Below are positions 1 through 11,715 of a stretch of DNA of 64,000 nt, one piece after another. Position numbers and translations under genes: made by a program. Under the pieces are notes generated by a model that was given only the letters and a program-made list of their open reading frames with translations, was not told the DNA's origin and did not search any database. How positions within the stretch are numbered: the stretch's first letter is position 1; each line of letters starts with the position of its first letter. The stretch is from Camelus ferus (lineage: Eukaryota): positions 2,854,001 to 2,918,000 of the forward strand of contig NC_045698.1 in the NCBI RefSeq assembly GCF_009834535.1, written 5' to 3'.

Positions 1-2249
1 AAACAAAAAGCACAATCAAATCACCTCACAGGGGTTACACACACACATTTTGAAATGTTAATGGAACATGGAGATCTTTGGGTTTCCTAAGTCAGAAGTT
101 TTCCAGGAAGAAAAATGGATTCAAAGACTCATCTGTGTACAAAGTCTGCAAAGCTGATTTCAGAAGAACAAGTTGCAGGACTTTCTAAACAATGTGAGAG
201 AGGGCTTCAAAACAGACAGAGATGCATTTCAGTCCTGGGGGTCTGAGCAGCAGGAAGACGAGCAGTGTCCTCCTTGCCAGGGCAAGGGCACGCTGCTTCA
301 TCCCCAGACAGCAGAGCCCTGCTGCCCGCTGCCTCCTTCAGGGACCCAGCCCCTCCATTGTCCCCAGGCACAGCAGGGCGCAGAGTGGGTGGCGGGCTCA
401 GGACTGCAGAGGGTTAACACCGCCGCGTCCCACTGAGACACCTCCCAGATAATAAAGCGAACCATTAGGTGGAGAAGAAGATGTCAGTATGCTATAGAGT
501 GTCCCCTTAGGATCAATGATTCTGCAGATTATGGTAAGTATAGAAGTTTCCCAGGTGCGGGACTTTCTTTCTTGGTGTCAGTGTGTCGACTGGACACAGT
601 AGAGGGGTCACTTTCTATGACGGAGCTCGACTGTCGAGCAGAGAATCCTGTTTCTGCCGATTAGAGCCAGGAAGAGCTGCAGCTGGGGTCCCCGGGCGTC
701 TGCGTTCTCCCCGATGTCCGTCTGGCGCACGGCCACGGGCATCCTCCGCGGTCCAGTCTGGCTGCCGGTGTGAGAAGCTCCTGACACCACCGTACTGACG
801 CGGGGGAAAGTGTAAGCAGGCGACCCACAAAGGAGGTTCTCCCATAGGTATGGCCTTTGCCCTTTCCTCACATATCTGGGGAGGCAGATGGGACAGAGCC
901 AGTGAGATGAAGCGGGCAAGGATGTTCTTATCATCCTCTTCCCTTACAACCCAAGTTGTAGGATGAATTATTGATCTTATAAATCTGCCACCAATACTAC
1001 TCATAAAAATCTGTGAGCATCGAGATTCCTGCTTCCTTACGCCATCCTCCACAGCCACGGCCCTGTCCCTCGGCCGTCCTGCGACTCCAAGGAGAAGTCG
1101 CACCGCCCCCTCCCTCTGCCCTGAACAGTAACTACGGTGATTCGCACCCATTTTCTCAGTTGCTGGCATCCCCTTACCCCCTGCGGCTAGGTTATTCTAG
1201 GTGGAAAGACAGTTCTTAAACAGTTATTTTTTTCTTAGCAATACAGTGCGTTTGAGAGTCTGAGAGACGCATAAGCTAAGTGTCTTTGCCTAAGTCTTAT
1301 TTCTGTCACCACAACAAATTTACTGCTTTTGTTCACTCTTTTTTGACTGTAATCCCCCTGGACCCCTTATATCAGACTGAAGAGCGGATAAAGCTTTTCT
1401 TCATTTTCTTAAGTGCTCCGAGGACTTAAGCTCTCCTCCCGGCCCTTGCTCGTCAGCTGTGCTGAGTGGTCGTCTCTGGAGAGAGGGCTCCGGCGAGAAC
1501 TCGCAGGCTTCATCGGAGATCGGGAAGCCAGGCTGTGCTGCTCACCTTCCGTGGACGGAAACCCCACCGCCTCCAACGCAGCCTTTCGGGCGGGGCTGCC
1601 GAGGGGACCCTCGCCACCTTGTTCAGGGCGCAGGTGGATTCTAGGGCCCAGGCTCTGCCCCGCCACCATTCTGTTCGGGTCCCTTCTTTATGGAGACTTC
1701 CGGGGAAGCAGGGACCAGGCCAGGGATGGCGCTCCAGGTGGGACATGCTTTTCCATCTTCCTCCCACCCCCTCTGCCCACCAGGTCCTCCCCACTGCAGG
1801 GCTGCAGGAGGTGCTGTACCAGGATGACCGGAGCTGGGCCCTTCCTCTGGGGTCTGGCTTACTAACCCAGGGTCGTTTAACTCTCCAGGCCTGTCCCCTT
1901 GACACACCTCCCAGCCAGCGGATCGCCCTTGGTTTACAAATGGGGAAGGAGAAGCGTTTTCACAGCTGCCTTTGGAAACCATTGCCCCAGGGAAGGTGTC
2001 CTTTGCTCCATCTCAGGGTGAGTAGCACGTGCTTTTCTGCGTGAAGCTCACAGAAGGTGTGAAATTCCGGTTTTTTCTCTAACTATCATTCAGAAGGGGC
2101 AGAGAGTTACATATGCGCCAAATACTACTTTTCAATTACCAAGTACATCTTAATTTCAGTTTTGCACACTGGCCGACAAAAGCAGAGCTCCCTGAAATCT
2201 AATAAATCTAATCAATCAATAAAAATCTCTACAAAGACGTTTTGCTGAT

Positions 2250-3900
2250 CTGGAGACGTGATCGGTGGTGGGAGAAGCTCTGATTTCTCTGGGTCGCTCA
2301 TCGCACCCCTGACCCTCTTCTGGGCGATGACCTCGGGCCGGCCCGCTGAGCGGAGGGGCGGAGCGGGGCGCAGAGGCGCCGGGCTGGGCGCAGGTGCGGG
2401 CGGGGCAGCCCCCCTGGGGAACCGCCCGCGGGCCCTGGGCCGCACCGCGCACGTGAGGCTCGCGTGGGTTTTCTTTCTGGGCCCCCGCGATGTCACGAGG
2501 GGCTGGTGTCGTGCACCTGAACCCGGCTTTACCCTCTCACACAGGGGCCCAGAAACTCGGTCCCTCTCGGGGTTAGTTAAGATCATCCACTTCTCCGCTT
2601 TCTCCTCGGCAAACAGCCCCTCTGCTGTGTTTTTCTGCGACTTCGGTTTTCACAAAAGCGGCCAGGTGGTGCCCTCACGCCCGGGCCCGGAGGCCCTCCT
2701 GCAGGCGCTGCACCGGCCCCCGCATTCTGCAGGGGTGGGGGGAGGGCTCCGGGGCGCCCCCCTCCCCCCGAGCCCGCGGCGCCCTCAGCACGCGGGCCGA
2801 CCTGGCCCCCTCTCCCGCCGGGCTGCGTTCGGGGCCAGCGCGCTCCTCGCGGGGGGGAGGCCTGCGGAGCGAGCGCGGCCTGCGCGGCGGCGGCGCGGCC
2901 GTGGAGCTCTCGCGCCCCCTACAGGCCCGCGGCCGCAGCTTCATCCCGCAGGCCGGTTTTCTTTCTTTCCTTTCTTTTCTCTCTCTCTTTTTTTTTTTTT
3001 TTTTTGTTGTTGTTGTTTTGTTTTTTTTTTTTTGTTTGTTTTTTTTTTTTTGAGTGCCTGTTTCACAGCTAGACCGCTGAGTGAGTGCTCGGCCAGGGCG
3101 CGGCCGCGAGCTTCAGCGCGTATCTGCGGGGCCTGGACGCCTGCGTCCCGCGCGCGGGCGTCCCGGGCGGTGGCCGCGCCTGCCCGGGAGACGAGGCGGG
3201 GACGGCACAAGGTGTCCCGGGAAACCACCCCCTTTCAGCCCCAGGCTGCGGGGGTCACCTTTTCAACAGTCCGGAGCAAAGGACGGTTGAATGGAGAAAC
3301 CGCTGGCAGCCGGGCAGGGCTGGGCCGGGTCCGCCTCTCGTCCCAAAGCGGGCCTGTGCCGCGGGGGAGGGGGGCGCAGAACCAGCTTCCCCTGGACAGG
3401 AGGGCTGGGCGCGAGTATGGAAGGATGTCTCATTCACACACACAGACATCCCGGCTCCTCAGCCCACCCCCAGGGCTGGCGTCGTCCACCTGACCTTTTC
3501 TTGGTACTTACTGAGCAAGGTTGGTCTTGATGGGCCTCGGCTGAGCAGACAAGGGCGTCTTCAAGCCGGACCCTGACAGACACACAGAGAAACGTCATTT
3601 GGAAACGTGAGGACCATCTGACTCGTCCTACAATTGGCTGTGCCTCTTTTGGGACCGAAAAAAGAAATAGCTGTATTGCTCCCCTTCAGAATAAACCCGC
3701 CTCGGCCCCCTGCCTCAGCCCAGGGAAGACGCGGGCTCCGACCAGAGCTCGCCAGTGGGGCACGTGGGCCAGCGACACGGGGGACCGCCAGGCGGGGTCC
3801 CTGCCTGACCGCCCGGGACCCCACGTGCCATCCTGCGAGATGCTTCCTTCGCTTTAAAAGGTGCTTCCGTTTGGACGAGCACACGGCAGACAGGGCTTCC
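2250..3900. promoter_or_regulatory. CpG island 1 (candidate promoter or regulatory island) split by a ~100-bp T-rich tract
   Basis: Very GC- and CpG-dense. GC boxes (GGGGCGGAGCGGGGCG ~2355-2370) and CACGTG E-boxes (~2450, ~3761, ~3822). T-rich tract at 2956-3051. Confidence 0.85.
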
Positions 3901-3998
3901 ACTCCCATGGGATGGCGTCCGTGGGTGCACGGTGAGGGTGACTTTGCCTTCAGCCGGAGAGATTCAGAGCCCGTGGTCACCTCTCTCTGCAAACTTGC

Positions 3999-4070
3999 CT
4001 AATGCCATTCCTGAGACAGTCACTCAACTTTTCAATATATTCCTAGAGACGCTGGGTCGCAACCTCCAGC
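3999..4070 (-). pseudogene. Putative exon remnant, 72 nt, phase 2-2: (R)LEVATQRL*EYIEKLSDCLRNGI
   Basis: Acceptor cttctttctgcag| and donor AG|GCAAGT (GC-AG type; an alternative GT donor at 3980 is in the same phase). One TAG stop. Confidence 0.5.
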
Positions 4071-4414
4071 CTGCAGAAAGAAGCATTTAGTGGAGTTTCT
4101 CAGCGTGCTTTCAGTCTCGGATGTGTTTGACTCCATAGTCCACGTGCAGCCCCAGCAGCCCCTTAGCAGAGTCCCTGCCTCTGGCACGTGCTGCTCTGCC
4201 GCTGACCCCGCGAGCGAAAGGTTTTCTTATACAGTGGTCACAGGGATTACTGTGTTCTTTTTTTCTTTATTAAAAAAAAATAAAAAGAGCATAGACTTGT
4301 CCTAAAGAAAGCAAATCTGGAGAATTATATACAGCAAAAGATCAACACTGTTCTCTGAACCTCCCCCACCCTGCTTCTCAGAGGACAACAAGGGTAATGC
4401 TTTGTTTATATTAC

Positions 4415-4516
4415 CTGAATTGGGACCCTTGATGAAGATTCCAGAAGCCCCATCAAAACTCCACTGACAACAATGTCAACCATCCAGAATAGGTCTCTGC
4501 CCTAGCTGCCAAAAGT
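4415..4516 (-). pseudogene. Putative exon remnant, phase 2-2: LLAARAETYSGWLTLLSVEF*WGFWNLHQGSQF(R)
   Basis: Long polypyrimidine tract, with AGs giving exon starts at 4516 or 4501 (same frame). Donor CAG|GTAAT. One TGA. End phase matches the 4070 exon. Confidence 0.45.
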
Positions 4517-5599
4517 CTCAAAGAAAAAAAAAAGGCAATTTTTCTTGAGCAGTGTTTTTCTAATATTTCCAACACCGAATCATTATAATCTATACATCTG
4601 TCAGATCTAAGATCAGGAACAGTAGGAATGTGTGATTTGTATTTCACTTGATGACAGACACAAATCTCTCACTCAAACATTGATTGTTTCTTCACAGATT
4701 TTTTTTGACATAGAAAAACTGGAAAAAAGTCCCATGCAGAGCACCGATAAATTTGTATTAGAGCAAATGAAATTAAAGATCCATATAAGAACATCTTGTA
4801 AAGTGGTAAAAAGCACAGTATAAAAAGCACAATATAAACTAAAAATATATTTTCCACAAATAAATTATGTCCCCAAAGATTAAATGTATTCAAAATGCAA
4901 AGAACAGCTAAATAAAGTGTTTTATGGAAGCTGCAGGAGGGTTTTAAGGATGTTTTCAGCAGGCAAGGAATCCTATTTTGCAGAGCTATAAAAGTTGCTT
5001 TCTTTTTTACCCTCAGAAAAGTTCTAAAAAAAAAAATCTTTCCAGATCCTTGAACCTGCTGAGAGTCTGCAAAAATCCAAACAAACAGTAAATTGCCCTC
5101 CCCATACATCCATTTTTAAGACTTTATGATAAAACTTACTCAAGAGACACGTAATGCCTGGGCTATGATTTATGTAGGTAAATACAAACTTAAAATGCAA
5201 ACTACAAGATGTACTAGAAGGGGAGTCGGGGTAGTTCTGACTTCGGCAGCTATTGCAGAAAATAACACTCGCCATACTTTACACATTAAAAATGTGCTCC
5301 ATTATTTTAGGGAAGAAAAACAGCCCATCTGAGCCTTTCTTATTTAAGCATTAACAACAGAAAGAGGGCATCTTTGAAGGCATCGAAAGAAAAATGATGA
5401 CAGAATTAAAAACGGAGACCACTGAGAGCCAGTGGCCAAACGAAGGGAGAGCCAAGCATCAGATTCAGGTTAAGGGAATCTTCACTGATTACTGGTGTTT
5501 CTCTTAATAGTATCTTAAAGTACTTTATATGGATTATAAGATTGATTGTTGTCATATTTAGAGAGTTAAAAGCAAGAGCACATTGATCATTTCATAGAT

Positions 5600-7215
5600 G
5601 AGAATACTGAAACAGAAGAAAAAGGCTTCTGCTCATCAAATGATGTCATTAAGAGAAAAAAAAGCAAGATGGAGAGTGGGAGAAGGCATCTGAAATACAC
5701 ATATTTGATAAATGTCTCGCATAACCTCAATAAGAAAAGGACAGAATACCTAACTCAACATGGATAAGAAACGTAATAATCACAACTCACAAGAAGCCTT
5801 CCAGCTGACTGCTAAAAGATACAATCATGTTAGTTATCAGAGATCCAAATTAAAATTATAAAGACACACCAGTACATAACCCAATAATGTTAAAAATAAA
5901 CACACAAATAAATAAATATGTGTTTATGAGCGTGTGGTGTGAGTAGAACTCTCATGCACTGCCTGTTGGAGTGTGAACTGGAAGACCACTTGGGAGAACT
6001 GTACGATGGAGTCTACTGATGCTAACCAAGATCCAGAGACCCCCTTCCTAGGCGCATCCCCTGCAAAAGCCGGTACGCGTGTGCTTCATCTAAAAGGTTT
6101 ACGCAGCTCCTGGACATGTGTCCTGAAGGAACTCTATTTCAAAAAGACACCTGCACCCCAATGTTCACAGCAGCACTATTTACAGTAGCCATGACAAGGA
6201 GACAGCCTAGATGTCCATCAACAGATGACAGGATAAAGAAGTTATAGTGTGTATGTGTGTGTATATATACACACACATACACACACAATGAAATACTCCT
6301 CAGCCATAAAAAAGAATAAAATAATGTCATTTGCAGCAACATAGATGGACCTGGAGATCGTCATTCTAAGTGAAGTAAGCCAGAAAGAGAAAGAAAAATA
6401 CCAAATGATGTCACTCATATGTAGAATCTAAAAAAAAATTAATAATAATAAATAAATAAATAAATAAATGAACTTATTTTCAAAACAGAAACAGACTCAC
6501 AGACATAGAAAATAAACTTATAGTTACCAGAGAGAAACAGGGGTGGGAAGGGATAAACTGGAAGTTGGAGATGTGCAGATACTAACTACTATATATAAAA
6601 TAAATAAACAAGTTTCTTATGTACAGCACAGGGAACTATATTCAGTGTCTTGTAGGGACCTATAATGAGAAAGAATGTGAAAAAGAATATATGTACATAT
6701 GTGCATGACTGAAACATTATGCTGTACATCAGAAATTGGCACATCATTGTAAACTGACTATATTTACATTAAAAACAATTTAAAAAATAAAGGGCATGTG
6801 GAAGAATGTTCACAGCAGCGTATTTCGTATCTACTTGAAACGGGAAGCAACCCAAATGTCCAACAACAGTAGAGTCAGTCCGTCAATATATGTGGTCTTT
6901 TCCTCCTGTGAGCTACTACACAGCACTGAAAATGAATCACCACCTACTATGTGAAAGGACACGGGATGAAGCTGACAAATCAAGGGAAAGAATCCAGACT
7001 CAGAAAGATATTTAATTCTGACAAAAGCAACTAATCTATGTGATCAGAGGTCAGAAGAGTGACCGAGGGTGGAGTCTGGGGGTCTGGCTGACAGTGAGGG
7101 TGACGGAGCGCTTGTCTTCACCTTTGATATCTGAACTGCACGGAAGTTACGTGGATGGGTGAATTCATCAAAACGCACCGAGCTGGCTCTCATGATGGGT
7201 GTGTTGCATTCCATC
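5600..7215 (+). mobile_element. Old L1M (L1MC/ME-like) 3' region, interrupted by a younger L1
   Basis: Diverged ORF2 C-terminal and 3' UTR motifs (gaactctcatgcactgcctgttggagtgtgaactgg; aagaatgttcacagcagc; aagcaacccaaatgtccaacaacagtaga). Confidence 0.75.
6100..6792 (+). mobile_element. Young L1 3' end (ORF2 C-terminus, 3' UTR, A-tail)
   Basis: Encodes KDTCTPMFTAALFTVA... The UTR motif gtacagcacagggaactatattc is shared with copies at 37.1 kb and 43.5 kb. A-rich tail. Confidence 0.95.
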
Positions 7216-7879
7216 ACTGAAAACACATCTGGAAACTTTAAGGAGGTCCCCACAGGTAAGACCCCCGGGGCCATGGCTGGCTGGTTTCTAGGTAAATCAC
7301 AGATGCTCTATTCGGCCTGAGTCCTCCTCCCTACAGGAGAGACGGACTTCCGGGAATTCTTCATCAGAATAACACTGGGAGAATCCTCCGATAATCTTAA
7401 GATTTGAGAATGTGCGTGTTCTCAGAAGCCCAGTCTGGAAAGTAGTGGGGATCCGGCACTGACAGCTTTCTCGAGGGGCGAGGACGGCACGGCCAAAACA
7501 GACTCCACAACGCACAGGCAGTATCACAACCGAATTCTCCATAAGAGTGCTCTAAATTTTATTGTCTTTGTGTTGGGACAACAGCAGACAGTGGGGGGGG
7601 GGGGACCAAAGGATGTGCTGGGACCACCCGTGTCTTATCATTGCTGCAACTTCCACCTGCCCTTCACCTCTTCATGCACCTAAAGTCAGGGACTTGGGTA
7701 CGTGGGTTCACGGTCAAGCAAGTTTAGAGGGTGCAAGATGCTGACTGGAGGATGCGACTAGGGCAAAGGGAAGACTTAGGCTTCTGACACGTGCGATGTT
7801 CAATCATCATTTTACCAGACAGCAGCAATGCCGATGGCCACTGAGCAAAAGAGCTCTACTCCTTCTCAGCAATGACATC

Positions 7880-8060
7880 AGTGTTGTCGGTGCATTGTTT
7901 ACTTTTGTTTCATTTTGTTTTCATTGTCTTTCTCCCACTCGACTGTTCAAGTGTGTGCTCATTAAGTAGAGAGGTGTTACTGTTTTACCGCGGCGTCAGT
8001 CCCATCTTGCAGTCCTGGACAGAGCAGGTGCACAATGTCACATGCCGGGTGGATGTGAGG
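7880..8060 (+). mobile_element. L2 3' end fragment
   Basis: ttctcccactcgactg...cctggacagagcaggtgcacaatg resembles the L2 terminus. Confidence 0.55.
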
Positions 8061-8769
8061 GCAAATCACTGAGGCATATGGCTTCTCTCCTCTGAATGAG
8101 AAGGTCTCCGGTTTTGATGTACTTAGTAAAAGATGCGTATGGCAGAACCATAACTGAGACAGATCTTGTTTGCCTATATTTACAGATATGTTTCTTTTTC
8201 CTAAAATCCCTTTAGGGTAACTTGACTGCTTCCAGAAGCATGTTTTTCCCTTGGCTCATCTAGAATTAGGGATTTTTCTTGGACAAGGGCAGACCCTTGA
8301 GGACCATTAGGCCCTGAGATGAGCCGTCATCTCACCATCCGTTGAGTGGGAAGCAGCCCCACCTGGGTTGAAATAAGTGCAGAAGGGACGCAAAATTTGA
8401 AGCAAAAAAGTTCAGCTTAGTGGCTCGCTGCCTGTGGAAGAGGAGCGCGCAGACTGAGCTCCTTCTTCTCTGTCTTTTCTGAGGTGAGCCTAACCCTGAT
8501 TAGCCCAAGGTTGGCACCCGCGGGACTCCGGGCTAGCACTGATGAGACTTACCTAGATCGTGTGTAACAGAGCCTTCTGGTTGACTATCTTGTGGTTCAA
8601 ATAGTGATTTTGATTCTTTTCACTGAACTCACATAGTTACGGGAGGATTTGATAAACTGTTTCACTGACATGTCTGGAGATCCTTGTCTGTGCCAGGCAT
8701 TTTGTTTGATATTTTTTTTTATCTTTTCTCTTATTAAGTTTTCCGGATGGACTGATGGAATATAGATGG

Positions 8770-9250
8770 CATGATTAATCTCTGGTCACTGTGTAAGCAG
8801 TAGGAACAATACAGTAGCTGAAACAAAATAGGATTTTCTCCTTCCTGCTTGAGAAGTTTGGAGGTTATTAGTTCAAGGCTGGCAAGGCCTTCCGTGGGGT
8901 AAGAGATCCTGGCTTCATCTTGAGGACACCTCACGATCAAAGATGGCTGCTGAATTCCAGCCCTCATGCCCTCTTTGCATCCATCAGGAGGAAGGCAGCA
9001 GGTGGGGAGCCAGTGGGTGGAGGAGACACAGGGAATGAGGATACACTCTCCCTCTGGGGCTCTGTTGAAGTTACACACATCACTGTTTTTGTCCGTTAGT
9101 CAGAATTTAATCGCATGGCCACATCTTTTTGTGAGGAATGCTGGCTGGGGAACGTAGTCTTTATTATGGAAAGCCATGAGCCTAGCTGAAAACTGCTACA
9201 GAAAAAGGGGAAAGGAAAGGATATTGGCAGGTGGTTAGAAGTCTTTGCTG
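8770..9250 (-). mobile_element. MLT1J-like MaLR LTR
   Basis: caaagatggctgctgaattccagccctcatg...cagaatttaatcgcatggccacatc...tagtctttatt motifs. Confidence 0.7.
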
Positions 9251-9801
9251 TAATTATGCAGCCCTTTTTCAGTACAACATGAACACAGAAGTCAAAGAAT
9301 TAAAGACTACATTCGTGTAGATTCTAAAGTTGACTTCTGACTGTGATCATATTTTCAGCCATTCAACCCAAGTACCCGCTATAATGCCAAGTTCACTAAC
9401 TGGAACTCTGTCAACAGGCACTTTTCCTGCTCCAAGTTTCCCTACATCACAAAAACTGAACTGAGAGATCAGTGTGTAAGCGCACTTCCAGCCGGCGGGA
9501 ACTACGTGAGCGGTAAAACCAACCAGAGCAGAACCAGTAAGAAGGGACAAGCAAGTAACCTGTGCTTTAACAAGTCCGCAAAGCCCTCGCTCCTTTTGTG
9601 AGAAGAGAAATGGGTCTAGAGTGCACCTCTGTGTAGCGATCAGAGGGAGGCAATTTCTGCTTCTTGAGAGATATTTTCCCTGTGTTTTCCGTGCTTACAC
9701 AGTCTTGTCAGCTCTCAGCTCACCCCGGAGGTGGGGCAGAGACAGCCAAAGTCACTCCTGGCCCACGAGCGGGTCAAAGATGATGTCGTTTTAATTCATA
9801 C

Positions 9802-9834
9802 CTTAAGCCATGTGGAACCAGCTCCCCTCTGAAC
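9802..9834 (-). pseudogene. Putative 33-nt micro-exon: (R)FRGELVPHGL(R) in phase 2, or VQRGAGSTWLK in phase 0
   Basis: Acceptor ggctctttctag| and donor AAG|GTATGA. Length is a multiple of 3. Confidence 0.4.
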
Positions 9835-10514
9835 CTAGAAAGAGCCAGGCCAGCAAAAAGCCTGTCAGAGAGACAGTAAACCTCAGCCAGTTAGAACCTC
9901 AACCAGGTCTTCTCTGCTCTGGGTTGAGGTCTTTTAAGAGGAGGAAGGCTGTTTGGGGTTGAAGCTTACAGCAATCAGCAGCAAACAGTCTGTCTAATGT
10001 TAAGCGTTACGTCTTTTTTAGTCTTTTTTTTTTTTGCCAGTTCTCTTTAACGTTTCATTCTGATTGTTCCACGTAGTTTATAATTGTCCTAACAAAAGGG
10101 GAAAAATACTACAGGTAAACATTTATAAAGCCCAGAGATTTGATGAAGGCCTTACCCAAAGCACCAAAGAAGCAAAGTCGAACATTCAAAGCAGCGTGTA
10201 AGGCTGGGATTTCTGGACTTTAATAGCTTTCCACTTAAATTTTTGGCTATCACGCTCTTTAGCTAAGAGAAAAAAAAATAATGAGTTTTACAACATTCGA
10301 CTCGCTTTATAACATATTACATAAGGCTGTGCTACGCTGTGGAACTTACTGGGGCACCAGTGTTTCTAGTTTCATATTAAGAAATTAGAAATAATGGTTC
10401 AGATTAGAGTTACCAGAATTATTAAAAATCCTTTGAATTGAATCGGTCATTCCCAAGGACATACTAATGAATTTGTAGCCAAGAAGAGAAAAAAAGTTTC
10501 ATTTATAAATTCAC

Positions 10515-11022
10515 CTGAGGTGAAGAAAGGCACGTCAACGTTTTAACTTTTATGTGGACTTTCCACGGGCTGAAGCGCTCTCCCCGCTTTGCCTCCTGCT
10601 CCCAGCAGCTCCCTTTAATTTCCATTTTGTAGGCCCCAATGTGAGAATGACTTTTCAAAATCAGACGTTTAGTCTGAATACAGTAACGGCTGCCTATCCT
10701 CCTTCAAATGTGATTTTAAGTTTAAATGTTTAAGTTGCGTGAAGTCGCTGAAGTTCCGACGGATCCTTCAAGTTGCACGTCGTCCGTTGCTCCTTCGCTC
10801 AGCTTCCCCTTTCTCCACCTCCACTGTCAAGGTGGCATCTTCCAGTGCGGGGTCCCAGCAGCGACCTCCGAGTGGCAGGGCCACACAGCCCTCACGCTGC
10901 AGCGCCCGCTTGGGCCGAAATAGCCTTGCGTTTGCGTCTGACGTCTCCAACTAGAGGAGAGTTTCTTGAGGCTGGGAACCATGCCACACGTGATAGAACT
11001 TCCGCAGATGGGGGCTCAAAAC
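10515..11022 (-). pseudogene. Putative large exon remnant: VLSPHLRKFYHVWHGSQPQETLL*LETSDANARLFRPKRALQREG...RRAT*RIRRNFSDFTQLKHLNLKSHLKED
   Basis: Acceptor ttttgtcctgttcacattcaaaagaaacag| at 11023. About 110 codons with only 2 stops in phase 0. CpG-retaining. 3' end uncertain (GT donor at 10514 or GC near 10695). Confidence 0.55.
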
Positions 11023-11139
11023 CTGTTTCTTTTGAATGTGAACAGGACAAAAAGAAAGACAGACTCAAGAGCGACGTCACCGTTTATACTGGATGCTGCT
11101 TCAGTGTCTTGTCAGTACCTCTCTGAAGGCCAGGATTAC

Positions 11140-11397
11140 AGTACATTATAGGTTATCACAAAATACGGAAGGTAGTTCCCTGTGCTATGCAGTGGGACTT
11201 CGGTGTGTCCGTCAACAGACGACTGGATGAGGAAGATGTGGGACACACACACAATGGATTACCATTTAGACACAAAAAAAAAAGAATAAAATAATCCCAT
11301 TATTGCCATCCAACAGGGACAGATGTAGAAATTATCAAACTAAGTGAAATGTCAGACGGAGAAAGACAAATATACAGTATCACTTATGTGTGGAATC
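11140..11397. mobile_element. Diverged L1 3' fragment with internal inversion
   Basis: ~11140-11200 is antisense L1 3' UTR (gtagttccctgtgctatgcagt). ~11203-11397 is the sense ORF2 end (tgtccgtcaacagacgactggat...cacttatgtgtggaatc). Confidence 0.75.
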
Positions 11398-11589
11398 GGG
11401 GCAAAGGATTGATTCTTGACCCAGCATAGAATGTATTTGTCTCGCTCTCCAAAAGGAAAGCATGTTTGGACAAAGTGAATCTCCCTGCTTTTCAGAGGAC
11501 AGTGGCAAAATAAGAGAACATTGACCTGTTTATTAGTCACACATCTCTTGAGAAGACCACACTCCCTTATCCCTACATAATCCTTACCA

Positions 11590-11715
11590 GTTAATCCATT
11601 CACCTACCATCAATCCATTCATCACCCACCCATCATCCAGTTACACACCCATCATTCATCTGTCCAACCAACCGCTCACCCATCCATCCAACTAATCACC
11701 CATCCATTTGCCCAG
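11590..11715. repeat. Degenerate (CCAT)n simple repeat
   Basis: Repeated atccattc/catccacc units. Confidence 0.75.

Noticed and set aside
511..533. 23-nt plus-strand micro-exon (ccccttag|...ATG|gtaagt)
   Set aside because: Isolated, not frame-preserving, with no partner exons found.
2258..3493. 411-aa plus-strand ORF
   Set aside because: GTG start, low-complexity Arg/Gly/Pro/Ala content and read-through of a poly-T tract (poly-Phe). A typical stop-poor CpG-island artefact.
9895..9930. Small hairpin ACCTCAACC...GGTTGAGGT
   Set aside because: The stem is only ~9 bp, too short for a pre-miRNA and expected by chance.
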